Source: a virus
Length of the DNA stretch: 64,000 bases
Reading direction: 5' to 3' (one strand)
IMG/VR virus record: IMGVR_UViG_3300009103_001660
Coordinates: 59,212 to 123,211 of that record
In this document: piece by piece, positions 40,896 to 49,387 of the stretch
Layout: each line of letters opens with the position of its first letter
Numbering within the stretch: position 1 is the first letter of the stretch
Position numbers and translations under genes: made by a program
The notes under the pieces: model-generated
What the model saw: the letters and a program-made list of their open reading frames with translations, nothing else
The model's database searches: none
What the model was told of the DNA's origin: nothing

Positions 40896-41714
40896 TCACG
40901 GGTTGCTATCTTTAAGTTGATAATATTTTTTATAGTACTCTAGAATGATTGGAAAACTTGAAGATGTCCATAATTTAAATATGTCACGCGATAGTCTATT
41001 GGGTTTATGTAGCGAATAACCCCAATTTAGGAAGTGAACAATCTTTACTTTTTCTTTTTCAATTATAGGTAAATTCGAAAGTACTTCTTCCTTGGTATAA
41101 TAAACATTATATTCTCTTCCCATAAGACCCACCCCATCTGCGTGTTTTTGAATATTGTGTTCATTTCTCCAGTCTTTACAAATTGAAAGATCAGAAAATT
41201 TAGCTCTTAGTATTGTTTCATCCATGGAGCTCCAAGTAGCCTTATTTGTTCCACGTAAGCTGGCAATTTTAATAAGTTCTGTATATAGTGCGCGGTTTGG
41301 GGTAATCATCATTACACCACTGTTAATTGAGAAGACGTCTGTTTCTTGTGTAGCGCTTTTTGCGAAAAGGTAGCGCTCTTCTCTTTCAAATACCTCAGAA
41401 ACATTATCAAGAAGCATACAGTCTGCGTCCATAACAAGTATTTTATCATATTTTTCAAGACCGAAAGCATGAAGTTTTAATAGATTGCTCCCATTCCACC
41501 TTTTTTGACTAGGTCTACAATATGGACAGTTAACTACTGGGAAATTAATTGTTTTTGCACCAAAAGTTTTAAGTTTTAGTTGATTTTTTTTATTTAAACC
41601 TTTTCCATGCCCTACAATGATGTCTTCTGTATGTCCATTTTCTCTTATGGACTTAACGAGCACTTCAGCAAGGTCTACATAATTGTCATCTGTAACACAA
41701 AAGAAAGCATTCAT
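40896..41714 (-). CDS. GT8-family glycosyltransferase
   Basis: KLHAFGLEKYDKILVMDAD, INSGVMMI, DETIL, KIVHF motifs. Confidence 0.88.
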   Translation of the reverse strand: MNAFFCVTDDNYVDLAEVLVKSIRENGHTEDIIVGHGKGLNKKNQLKLKTFGAKTINFPVVNCPYCRPSQKRWNGSNLLKLHAFGLEKYDKILVMDADCMLLDNVSEVFEREERYLFAKSATQETDVFSINSGVMMITPNRALYTELIKIASLRGTNKATWSSMDETILRAKFSDLSICKDWRNEHNIQKHADGVGLMGREYNVYYTKEEVLSNLPIIEKEKVKIVHFLNWGYSLHKPNRLSRDIFKLWTSSSFPIILEYYKKYYQLKDSNP

Positions 41715-41797
41715 TTTAATTATTATAGCTTTTTTTGGTGTTTTTTTTATGACTTTTTTATTGACCTCTATATGGTACCCTGCTATTATTAGCGGAC

Positions 41798-41968
41798 ATG
41801 AACACAGACAAAGATAGTAATAATGTAATCACACAGGGCAAACCCCTATATGCACGAATTGTAATGCTCCTTTTGGCATTCAATTTCATCGTTAATGGAT
41901 ATGTTCTATATCATTTGACGGAATTGCAGACGGAACAAGTTAGCTCCACCCAAGTACAGGGTGAGTGA
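41798..41968 (+). CDS. 56-aa single-TM membrane peptide (not in ORF track)
   Basis: MNTDKD...ARIVMLLLAFNFIVNGYVLYHL...; followed by a terminator. Confidence 0.55.
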   Translation: MNTDKDSNNVITQGKPLYARIVMLLLAFNFIVNGYVLYHLTELQTEQVSSTQVQGE

Positions 41969-41983
41969 TTCCTACTCATGTAC

Positions 41984-42030
41984 AGCCTCGTCGTTTAACA
42001 ACTTAAGCGGCGGGGCTAATTTTTTATTTT
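41984..42030 (+). terminator. Intrinsic terminator
   Basis: AGCCTCGTCG/CGGCGGGGCT stem with G-U pairs, then T tracts. Confidence 0.75.
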
Positions 42031-42148
42031 TTTATTTTTTTAGAGAAGTCAAAAAGTTCTCGGGGAGACTGAAAAGTACCCCCTCCCCCCAAAAAATGAA
42101 ACGCTAACTCGTTTGAGATTTCAAAAAGGGGGGGGAGTCCCACCCCAC

Positions 42149-42394
42149 TTACAGTGCGGCAAGGTCCTCCTCTGTTACCTTAACTAGTGAGTGATTGTCT
42201 CGACCAAAGACACGCTCTGGCTTTGGTGTGCCATTAGGCAAAAGACCACAGGCATCGTAAAACCTAGGCTTGTCGAAGCGTGGGTTATCCTTCGCGAACT
42301 TCGCAGCGGCGAGGATAGCGAGGTGTTGGGGTGGAGTGCCATTGCTTGCGGCGTTAATTAGTGATGCGACAAATTCGAAATGTTGTTTCGTCAT
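42149..42394 (-). CDS. Small early-type phage protein
   Basis: MTKQHFEFVA...DNPRFDKPRF..AC, a pattern recurrent in phage early genes. Confidence 0.7.
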   Translation of the reverse strand: MTKQHFEFVASLINAASNGTPPQHLAILAAAKFAKDNPRFDKPRFYDACGLLPNGTPKPERVFGRDNHSLVKVTEEDLAAL

Positions 42395-42401
42395 AATTTT
42401 T

Positions 42402-42548
42402 TTAGTTGTTAAGGGTCAGCCAGTCGATTGCTTCAATGAGTTGTGCTGAGTAGTCAACGGCTACTGCAAAGCCAAAGACTGTGAGGGCAACGAAAGTGAT
42501 GGGCTTCACCACTTCATTAATGAATTGTTCGGTTTCTTGTTTGTTCAT
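42402..42548 (-). CDS. 48-aa membrane peptide (not in ORF track)
   Basis: MNKQETEQFINEVVKPITFVALTVFGFAVAV...; fills the gap in the operon. Confidence 0.6.
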   Translation of the reverse strand: MNKQETEQFINEVVKPITFVALTVFGFAVAVDYSAQLIEAIDWLTLNN

Positions 42549-42575
42549 AATATAAAAAGGTTGAGTTGGGTTGAG

Positions 42576-42884
42576 TTAGTCGCCGTGATATGTTCCCTTG
42601 CGGTAATAGTCGCAGCGGTCTTTTTCAATGGCTGCTGTGAGTTCGGAATGAGTCCAAACCGTTTCAGTAGTGCAATCGGCGTTGTGAGCCACAACGAAAG
42701 ACTCGAAAGCGTCAGCCAATCGGATCGCTGCCTCAAGTCCTTTGTGGGACTTGGGGAACTCGCTGTTGCCCGTGTACTCGTCAGGAGTCCAGACGCCATA
42801 ATAAGGAGTTTGGGTTTCGCCGCGCTTGGCGAGGCGATAGCGTGGGTTTTGGTTTTTGTTTTTCATATCGTTCTTAATTTTCAT
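42576..42884 (-). CDS. Early hypothetical protein, cassette 1 (starts MKIKNDMK)
   Basis: Starts right after TATACT of the hairpin promoter. Confidence 0.65.
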   Translation of the reverse strand: MKIKNDMKNKNQNPRYRLAKRGETQTPYYGVWTPDEYTGNSEFPKSHKGLEAAIRLADAFESFVVAHNADCTTETVWTHSELTAAIEKDRCDYYRKGTYHGD

Positions 42885-42927
42885 GCGAGTAGTATAACAC
42901 ACTGGGTGGGACATCCGCTGTCCCACC
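42860..42927 (-). repeat. Hairpin-promoter cassette copy 1
   Basis: GGTGGGAC-N7-GTCCCACC at 42905-42927, then -10 TATACT and ATGAAAATTAA. Confidence 0.85.
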
Positions 42928-43236
42928 GCACAATTAAAGGTGTGAAATCATCATCCAAATCATCAAGCCCCAAATGGCGACCATCTCCACAATAAAACGA
43001 GAGGTTGGCCAACTGTCTTTTGTTTCGTTCGTTGTTTTCATTGTTAAGAGAGTATCAAAATTTTAGTCTTTTGCCAAGAAAAAGTTATTCACAATATAAC
43101 TGAGACTCGGTCTCATTGGCATGAAATCGGCTGCACATATCGTGCCAAAGTGTTGATATACAGTGCTTTATGTGGATTGTGAGTTTACATAGTGCTTGTG
43201 TCCTTAGGGGTTAGCGTCAGGGGTTAGCGTGTACGC

Positions 43237-43386
43237 CTACCATCCACAAGCATGACGCCCTAGGATAGTAAGCGCAACACCAGCAAAGCCAATAAGCAAT
43301 GTGGTCATGTTCTTCTTATCTGTTTTGTATAGAGAGAACAGGATGAGGCCTACGCCTATGATGGTTTCGAATCCAACGTGTAACAT
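43237..43386 (-). CDS. 49-aa two-TM membrane peptide (not in ORF track)
   Basis: MLHVGFETIIGVGLILFSLY...TLLIGFAGVALTILGRHACGW. Confidence 0.6.
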   Translation of the reverse strand: MLHVGFETIIGVGLILFSLYKTDKKNMTTLLIGFAGVALTILGRHACGW

Positions 43387-43429
43387 ATATGTCCTTGGTT
43401 AGGGTTAGTGTGTGTGCGTGTGTGTGGTG

Positions 43430-43627
43430 CTACCACGTCCACTGTGTGGTGAGCATACCATGAGCGACTACAAAGCCGAGGGCAATGATTGCGCCAATGA
43501 GACCATCTAGCAAACGAGAAAGGCCGCGATCAATCTTTCTTTCATGCTTTGCTAATACCTTGTTGAGTTTGTCACCCAGTTGCTTTGTGGCGAATGGGCT
43601 TGCGTTTTGTATGTTGTGTTTTTTCAT
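43430..43627 (-). CDS. Small C-terminally anchored membrane protein
   Basis: Start likely MKKHNIQ; C-terminal hydrophobic helix. Confidence 0.6.
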   Translation of the reverse strand: MKKHNIQNASPFATKQLGDKLNKVLAKHERKIDRGLSRLLDGLIGAIIALGFVVAHGMLTTQWTW

Positions 43628-43656
43628 AATTATAATAAGGGTTGAATTGAATAGGG

Positions 43657-44010
43657 TTAGTCTCTGCATCGAATGTCATTGCCATAACTATCTTCGTAGT
43701 AGCCTTGTACGTTCCAATAGGTATCGTAATTCTTAACGCGTTGCGCTGGCATCTCTTTGTGAGATGGTGCTTTAGCGTTAGCGGTGAATGTGCGGTGATC
43801 TTCTAGGTGATCTTGAACCTCGTCTTGGTCTGCATAGTGGCAATCTTCAAATTTAACCAGTTCACCGTATCCCTCACCGTCATAAGTCTCTAACCAGACA
43901 CCCTGACAGGGTACGATGTTGACCAAGCGGCAAGGTTGGCCAGTGTTTGCGTTGATGTAAATGGCTCCGAGTTTTAGGTTGTTTGCTTTCATATCGTTTT
44001 TAATTTTCAT
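43657..44010 (-). CDS. Early hypothetical protein, cassette 2 (starts MKIKNDMK)
   Basis: Follows hairpin promoter copy 2. Confidence 0.7.
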   Translation of the reverse strand: MKIKNDMKANNLKLGAIYINANTGQPCRLVNIVPCQGVWLETYDGEGYGELVKFEDCHYADQDEVQDHLEDHRTFTANAKAPSHKEMPAQRVKNYDTYWNVQGYYEDSYGNDIRCRD

Positions 44011-44053
44011 GCGTTCAGTATATCACAGGGGGTGGGACATTTGTAGTCCTACC
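43986..44053 (-). repeat. Hairpin-promoter cassette copy 2
   Basis: GGTGGGAC-N7-GTCCTACC at 44031-44053. Confidence 0.85.
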
Positions 44054-44054
44054 G

Positions 44055-44249
44055 TTAATTTATCTCAATCTTTTTTATGGTGCGCTTTTGCCACTCTTCG
44101 TCGTCTCTTCTACGCCACAGGCTAAATCCTTTGTTGTTTTCCACAATGCGGCGAGCGTGTTCTTTGTCTCGTGCGCTAATGAATACCGTGCTGTCGTTGT
44201 CAAATGTAACTTCGAAGGTCGTCTCTGGTAGTGCTGGTAGGTTTCTCAT
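44055..44249 (-). CDS. Small early protein
   Basis: Downstream of a TTGACT-N17-TATACT promoter. Confidence 0.6.
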   Translation of the reverse strand: MRNLPALPETTFEVTFDNDSTVFISARDKEHARRIVENNKGFSLWRRRDDEEWQKRTIKKIEIN

Positions 44250-44284
44250 AATCTTTAATCTCTCACTCTCAATACAAAGAGTAT

Positions 44285-44310
44285 ACCTGATTTTTACCAA
44301 AAAGTCAACC
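44285..44310 (-). promoter_or_regulatory. Sigma70-type promoter
   Basis: TTGACT-N17-TATACT; near-identical TTGACTTTTTGGTAAAAAT blocks recur at ~47630-47650 and ~49205-49228. Confidence 0.8.
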
Positions 44311-44412
44311 CCTAAAATGAAAAAGTTATTCACAATTTAATTGAGAATCAGTCTCAATCGGCAGCCGACTTCGTGCCAAAGTGTTGAAAAACAAGGCTTT
44401 CCTGGCAACTAG

Positions 44413-44700
44413 TTATTCACAAGCTTTCTTGTGTAATTCTTTTTCGTCCTCCCAAATGTAACCAAATGGGGCCATGATGTAATTAAGCTCATTGCCACGA
44501 GCTATGCTTGCAATGTGTGATTCAATCTCTGGCATATAAACGCTTCCCCATTCGTTTTCAAAGCCCATGACAAAACCAAAAGCAACGCCTTCGTTATCTG
44601 CCTTTTCCAAATAATACTCCCAGCCATTACGCAGGATGATGTGTTGATATACTCCAAAGGCTTGGCTGCCTTTCACGTTTGGGTCGATGATGTTTCTCAT
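44413..44700 (-). CDS. DUF2958-like protein
   Basis: WEYY...AFGFVMGFENEWGSVYMPEI motif. Confidence 0.65.
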   Translation of the reverse strand: MRNIIDPNVKGSQAFGVYQHIILRNGWEYYLEKADNEGVAFGFVMGFENEWGSVYMPEIESHIASIARGNELNYIMAPFGYIWEDEKELHKKACE

Positions 44701-44714
44701 TTTCTTTTTTTTGT

Positions 44715-45170
44715 TTAAAATTCTGTCTGGTCTTGTGTTACTAATTCAAATAAACCTTCTGGAAGGTCTGCACCGTTTCTTGGATCGTTGTCTACGAGTT
44801 TGCGCATGATCTTACGAATAAAGCTTTGCTTTTTCTCTGCTACGTCATCCGCGCTAACTTTGTCCATGTCTTCGGGAGTGTCAATATCGATTCCTACGCA
44901 AATAATGTCTCTGACGTTAAATCCTAAATTGGTGAGTGCAACTCTAACAAATCTTGCGTTGCTTTTTCCTCTTGCTGTGAGAATGTCAAATTGCTTTCCT
45001 GAATCTCTGACTAACACTCCGAGATGAGTCAAATCAGATTCTTTTAGGTTTAGAATAGCAGCGGAGTTGTGAAAATCAAATAGGCGGGTGCTGCTTCTAT
45101 CCTCTACGATAAGAGTGCCGTCTAAATCAAATATTGGTTTGATTGCTTCGTTGTTGTTTTTAATTTTCAT
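44715..45170 (-). CDS. HAD-superfamily phosphatase-like protein, cassette 3
   Basis: IFDLDGTL, ILTARG, LVDND motifs; starts MKIKNN. Confidence 0.75.
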   Translation of the reverse strand: MKIKNNNEAIKPIFDLDGTLIVEDRSSTRLFDFHNSAAILNLKESDLTHLGVLVRDSGKQFDILTARGKSNARFVRVALTNLGFNVRDIICVGIDIDTPEDMDKVSADDVAEKKQSFIRKIMRKLVDNDPRNGADLPEGLFELVTQDQTEF

Positions 45171-45214
45171 GCGTCTAGTATAGCATATGGGGTGGGACAT
45201 CCGCAGTCCCACCC
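45160..45214 (-). repeat. Hairpin-promoter cassette copy 3
   Basis: GGGTGGGAC-N7-GTCCCACCC at 45190-45214. Confidence 0.85.
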
Positions 45215-45297
45215 TTAAACTAATTGAAAAAAAGCACTTGGCATGAAATGTGCAGCCGATATCGTGCCAAAGTGTTGAAAATCAACAACTTCCCCCC

Positions 45298-45555
45298 TTA
45301 CCACTCGGGATACTCGTGGGCGTCGTGCCACGCGTCAGCCGCGTAAGAACCATAGCCGTCGTCTGCGGCATAGTCATTAGAAGAAGGGCAGCACCCACAG
45401 CAAGGTGCATCCTCACACCGCCCGCCCTTGGGCGGTTCGGGTTGTGGCTCAGGCTCATTGGCCCAAGTCGCGGGGCCCATGTCCTCGGTGAAAGCCTCCT
45501 CGCAGGAGATACGCGCGTCGTGGTTGGTGGGGTTGCTCATGTCGTTATTCATCAT
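45298..45555 (-). CDS. Small acidic protein with CEDAPCCGC motif
   Basis: GRCEDAPCCGCC is a recurrent small phage protein motif; upstream promoter TCGACC-N17-TATACT. Confidence 0.65.
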   Translation of the reverse strand: MMNNDMSNPTNHDARISCEEAFTEDMGPATWANEPEPQPEPPKGGRCEDAPCCGCCPSSNDYAADDGYGSYAADAWHDAHEYPEW

Positions 45556-45601
45556 TTGAGTAGTATAGTTGAATTGAATTAAAAGGTCGATAAAAAGTTA
45601 T

Positions 45602-45970
45602 TCACACCCGCTTTGGATATGGTTTGGACTCATGCCCACACGCGTCCAAAGGGTCAAGATGGGCCTTGCCATCGATACACTCACGCCGCCACGCGTGTAG
45701 ATTCAACGGGTGCCATCCCGCGCTACGATAGTCACCATCTTCATCCACGGGCCAAATGATTTTTGATGACCCCATTGGGCTGGTGGCTCGAATTTCAGAG
45801 ATGGGAAGCCATCCCAACCAATCGCGTTGACCACGCAATAAAACGCGATCCGCAACGGAATTCTTGCCCGTAAACTCACGGGTGACATCTTCAAAGATCG
45901 GCCCGATCTCACTGATGCGATTGCGAGTGCGGCGGGTTGCGTTAGGTGCTGCGGTCAGTTTTAATTTCAT
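45602..45970 (-). CDS. Early hypothetical protein
   Basis: Start MKLKL after TTGCTT-N17-CATAAT. Confidence 0.55.
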   Translation of the reverse strand: MKLKLTAAPNATRRTRNRISEIGPIFEDVTREFTGKNSVADRVLLRGQRDWLGWLPISEIRATSPMGSSKIIWPVDEDGDYRSAGWHPLNLHAWRRECIDGKAHLDPLDACGHESKPYPKRV

Positions 45971-46212
45971 GGGAGCATTATGACGGAAAATCGTCAAAGA
46001 AGCAAGAACTATCCTGGTAAAGTTATTCACAACGCTAAACCCTTGATAATCAACACTTTATGCCAAGCGGGCAGCACATGCCGTGCCATAGTGTGGAAAA
46101 ACAATGCTCTACAGGTAGGGCAAAATTTCAATATAAATACCCGTTGCGATTATAATAATAAACGCACCGATTAAACAGAAAAGGAAAAAGTGCAAATCTC
46201 TATAGGAGTCAT

Positions 46213-46979
46213 TCATAGTTTTTTAATATAGTTCAACCAATGTTCAACGTCGCTTTCATTCAACCACCCCTTAACGGTATCGCCCCAATCAGAAGGGTCA
46301 ACCATGTGATTGTTGAAGAAGCAACCAATTTCAAATAAACCTTTTTCGCCACCGTATGAAAACCGATGCTTCACCACGGAAACATCATAACCGTTCGGCA
46401 ATTCCACATATGCCTGAATTGCGTTCTCTCCGTGTGTTGCAGAGACATCCTCAAATTTTAAATCTTCAAATTTCATTTTTTCTTCCCGCTTAACAAGATC
46501 ACCCCAATAGTCAATCATTTTAAAGCCCTTCTCTAATGTAATTCACTAACCCCTTTTTATTAATGAAGTGAGTCTCTAATATATCAAAGTCATGCTCACC
46601 TGTTCCCATGTTGTTAGCGTGTTGCAACGCTCTAAACAAACTCACGGCCTCGTTATATGTCTCGCAGGACTTCGCCGCAGCAAAATTTTGTTTGCGCGTG
46701 GTCGGCACTACGTTTTGAGGCTTTCCGCTTTTAAAGATTAGTTGTCTTTTCATTCTCATAATCTTAACCCTCCCAAAGTTCGGTAGTGAATTCACCCTCA
46801 TCGAGAGAATAAACCTCTTGCCCATCCTCAAGAGTGAACGTCTCAAGAGTATGTCCGAAATCATCAAAATGATGAATGTTTGTTATGCGAAGAGTCTCTC
46901 CGTTAATGTTCAACCAACCATCTTCCGCAAGGTCGAGCGGTGGAATAAATGTTATGTTTTCTTTCATTGTTTTATTCAT
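46213..46979 (-). other. Run of three small early ORFs (46213..46518, 46520..~46760, 46764..46979)
   Basis: Contiguous minus-strand ORFs with no recognised family. Confidence 0.55.
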
Positions 46980-47009
46980 TTTAAATTAATACCGTAATGA
47001 GGTCAAGCT

Positions 47010-47285
47010 CTAAATGTGGTCTTGAACCACGCTGTTAGCGATTGGGCCGAGGCTTTGCTCGGTCTTGGCGAACTGTGTCCGCTCTTGAATCTCACTGACA
47101 AAAGTGACATCCAGAAAGGCAATCTTGCCGCTACTGTTAGCAATCTCAACCTCAAGGCTACGACCATCGGCCATGACCTTGCGAACAAGGGCGGTCTTGC
47201 CCGCGAACTGACCCACGTTAATCTTCACCTCGTTATTGAGGAGGAGTTGTGCTTCTGTGATGTTGTTGTTTTTCATATTCTTCAT
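47010..47285 (-). CDS. KOW/SH3-like small protein, cassette 4
   Basis: VKINVGQFAGKTALV KOW-like motif; starts MKNMKNN. Confidence 0.6.
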   Translation of the reverse strand: MKNMKNNNITEAQLLLNNEVKINVGQFAGKTALVRKVMADGRSLEVEIANSSGKIAFLDVTFVSEIQERTQFAKTEQSLGPIANSVVQDHI

Positions 47286-47328
47286 GCGTCTAGTATACCA
47301 TAGAGGGTGGGACATCCGTAGTCCCACC
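47271..47328 (-). repeat. Hairpin-promoter cassette copy 4
   Basis: GGTGGGAC-N7-GTCCCACC at 47306-47328. Confidence 0.85.
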
Positions 47329-47330
47329 GA

Positions 47331-49193
47331 TTAACTTTCTTGATTCGCTTCGCAATACTTGCGACGTGGGTGAAAACGCTTTGGCGCAAGCTTTTGAAGA
47401 TTTTTTTCAATCTTCTTAATTTTGTCGGTGGAATGCTTCCAAATCTTTGCCATGTCATTAGTGCGATAAATCGCGGTGCTGCCAACGCCACCAAAGTGTT
47501 TGCCATGAATCCTGACTTCAATGTCATTGACTTCTATACCTGTCACCACATCGAAGTTGGTGATGTTCTCAGCAATAAACTCTTGCTCTTTTTTGTTCAG
47601 TTTCATTTTCAACATAGTATAATGTAACCCATTTTTACCAAAAAGTCAACCCCTAATCCAGGAAAGTTATTCACAGTAGCACTTGGCATCAAATCTGCAG
47701 CCGACTTCGTGCCAAAGTCAAGAAAAACAGTGTTATTCTTCGTCCTCTATGTTGCGCCATTCTTCAACCACCGTGTCCATAAACGCCTCTGGCGTGAGTG
47801 TTGTCCTCATCTGTTTAGCAAGCTCGCGGAGCGGAATAAATTCTTCTTGTGCCGCTTCAATATATCGGTCACCCACGCGAATAAACGTTTGAAGGGTATT
47901 ATCATTTTGTATGATTGCAAAAGGTTTACTCATTGTTGACTCCTAACGCTTTTACCTCTCTGCCTAATTTACCACAACCAAATATAACTGTATCCGCTTT
48001 ATATATTGGTTCGCCTGTATCTACACGCACAAAGGATTTATATTTATAAGGGTCATATGTAATAGCAATGGCTTCAGTCATGGCATCGCAACTTGGGCCA
48101 ATGTACTGCCAACGCTGCTGTTCTTCATTCCATCCTTCTCTGCCTTGAATGTAAGCGTGAACATTTTTTCTTTTCTCGTCACGCACACGCTCGTTGCCCT
48201 TATCACTCACGCGAAACGTGCAATCCCAAAGCGTAAGGTGACAGGTGTGTTTCTTAACTAAACCATCATCACCTCGCACACTATACACTGGGCCGTGGTC
48301 GCCATCGTGTAACTTTTTATTCAGATTACGATAAACTTGTACAAAGCCTTTCATGATTAGAGAGTTCCTTTCGAGAATCCTTTTTCGTCGGTGGTTTCAA
48401 TCGTACCCATACCGAACACCGAAAGGTTTTTATAGGGTTGATTTAAGGCTAGGTAAATGGGCTTGCTGCTTTCTTTTTCCATTTTGCTAATGGTCTGTTG
48501 CGCTAACTCTTTAGCGTAAGGCATTGCACCCCCTTTTACACCCTTAAAGCAATCGGATTCTTCCGACTCATTCAAAAGGCGGTGAAAGTAAATGCTAGTT
48601 AAGCCAGAGAGTAGCTTCTTCTCGTTTGTATAGAAACAAGCACGATCATCAAAAATCCATTCGAGTTCATCGTTTGTTCCACCGTGATTGAATAGCAAAA
48701 GCCAATCGTTTTTAATGTCTGACCTTTTTCCATTCAAATAAACGAGGCGTTGGTCGTGGTCTGCGAGGTATGTTAGTTTTGTTTTCATTGGTGTCGATTA
48801 TACAGTATTGAGTTAATAAGCCGAGCAAAAGTTATTCACATTTGCCCTTGTGTTTAGAGTGACGACGAAAAGATCCTTTGCCCTTTTTAACACGGTGAGG
48901 GCGTGACTTACTACCCATAAGCCCCTGCTTGTTCACTCGCGCTTTGACTGTCACTTTGATTTTCATTTTTCTAATTCTACTAAATACACGGCATGGTGTC
49001 AATCACCAAATGTATTCTCCCATTCTTCGGGAGTGATGCCCGTCTTGATGAACTCGCGTTCATCTGCCGAGAGGTTCGGCATGGCGTTTTGGATAAGCTC
49101 GCCGCCCTTCCACGCTTCAATTTGCGCGAGGGTTACGTCTATGTCCATGATGTTTTTGTTGCCGCTGAGAGGTGATTCTTTTTCGATTAACAT
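47331..49193 (-). other. Run of small early ORFs (47331..47615, 47733..47933, 47926..48354, 48357..48788, 48999..49193)
   Basis: Contiguous minus-strand ORFs; 47926 (VYRNL...RVRDEKRKNVHAY) and 48999 (LIQNAMPNLSADEREFIKTG) look like widespread conserved phage hypotheticals. Confidence 0.6.
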
Positions 49194-49387
49194 AAGTACA
49201 GTATAACCCATTTTTACCAAAAAGTCAAGAGACAACCTGGCACACCCCGTTAACAACGTGTGAATAACCTAGGGTCAACATGACCCAGGCGGGCAGCCGA
49301 TATCGCCTAAAGCGTTGCAGGTCAAGCACTTATTAAAGGGTAAATATCGCCGAGGCTTATTTTAAGTGAAATATCGCCGAGGACATT

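Larger units (their letters stand above)
43085..49267. promoter_or_regulatory. Eight dispersed TTATTCACA (DnaA-box consensus) sites
   Basis: At 43085, 44326, 44413, 45598, 46023, 47667, 48832 (+) and 49259 (-). Confidence 0.7.

Noticed and set aside
43355-43380. tRNA suggested by GGTTTCGAATCC
   Set aside because: No cloverleaf; it lies inside a small membrane-peptide ORF
43198-43410. Telomere-like TTAGGG repeats
   Set aside because: Only one or two scattered copies; better explained as minus-strand leader motifs
42860-47328. Integron attC cassette array
   Set aside because: No GTTRRRY/RYYYAAC cores and no integrase in view; repeats sit at gene 5' ends with a -10 box
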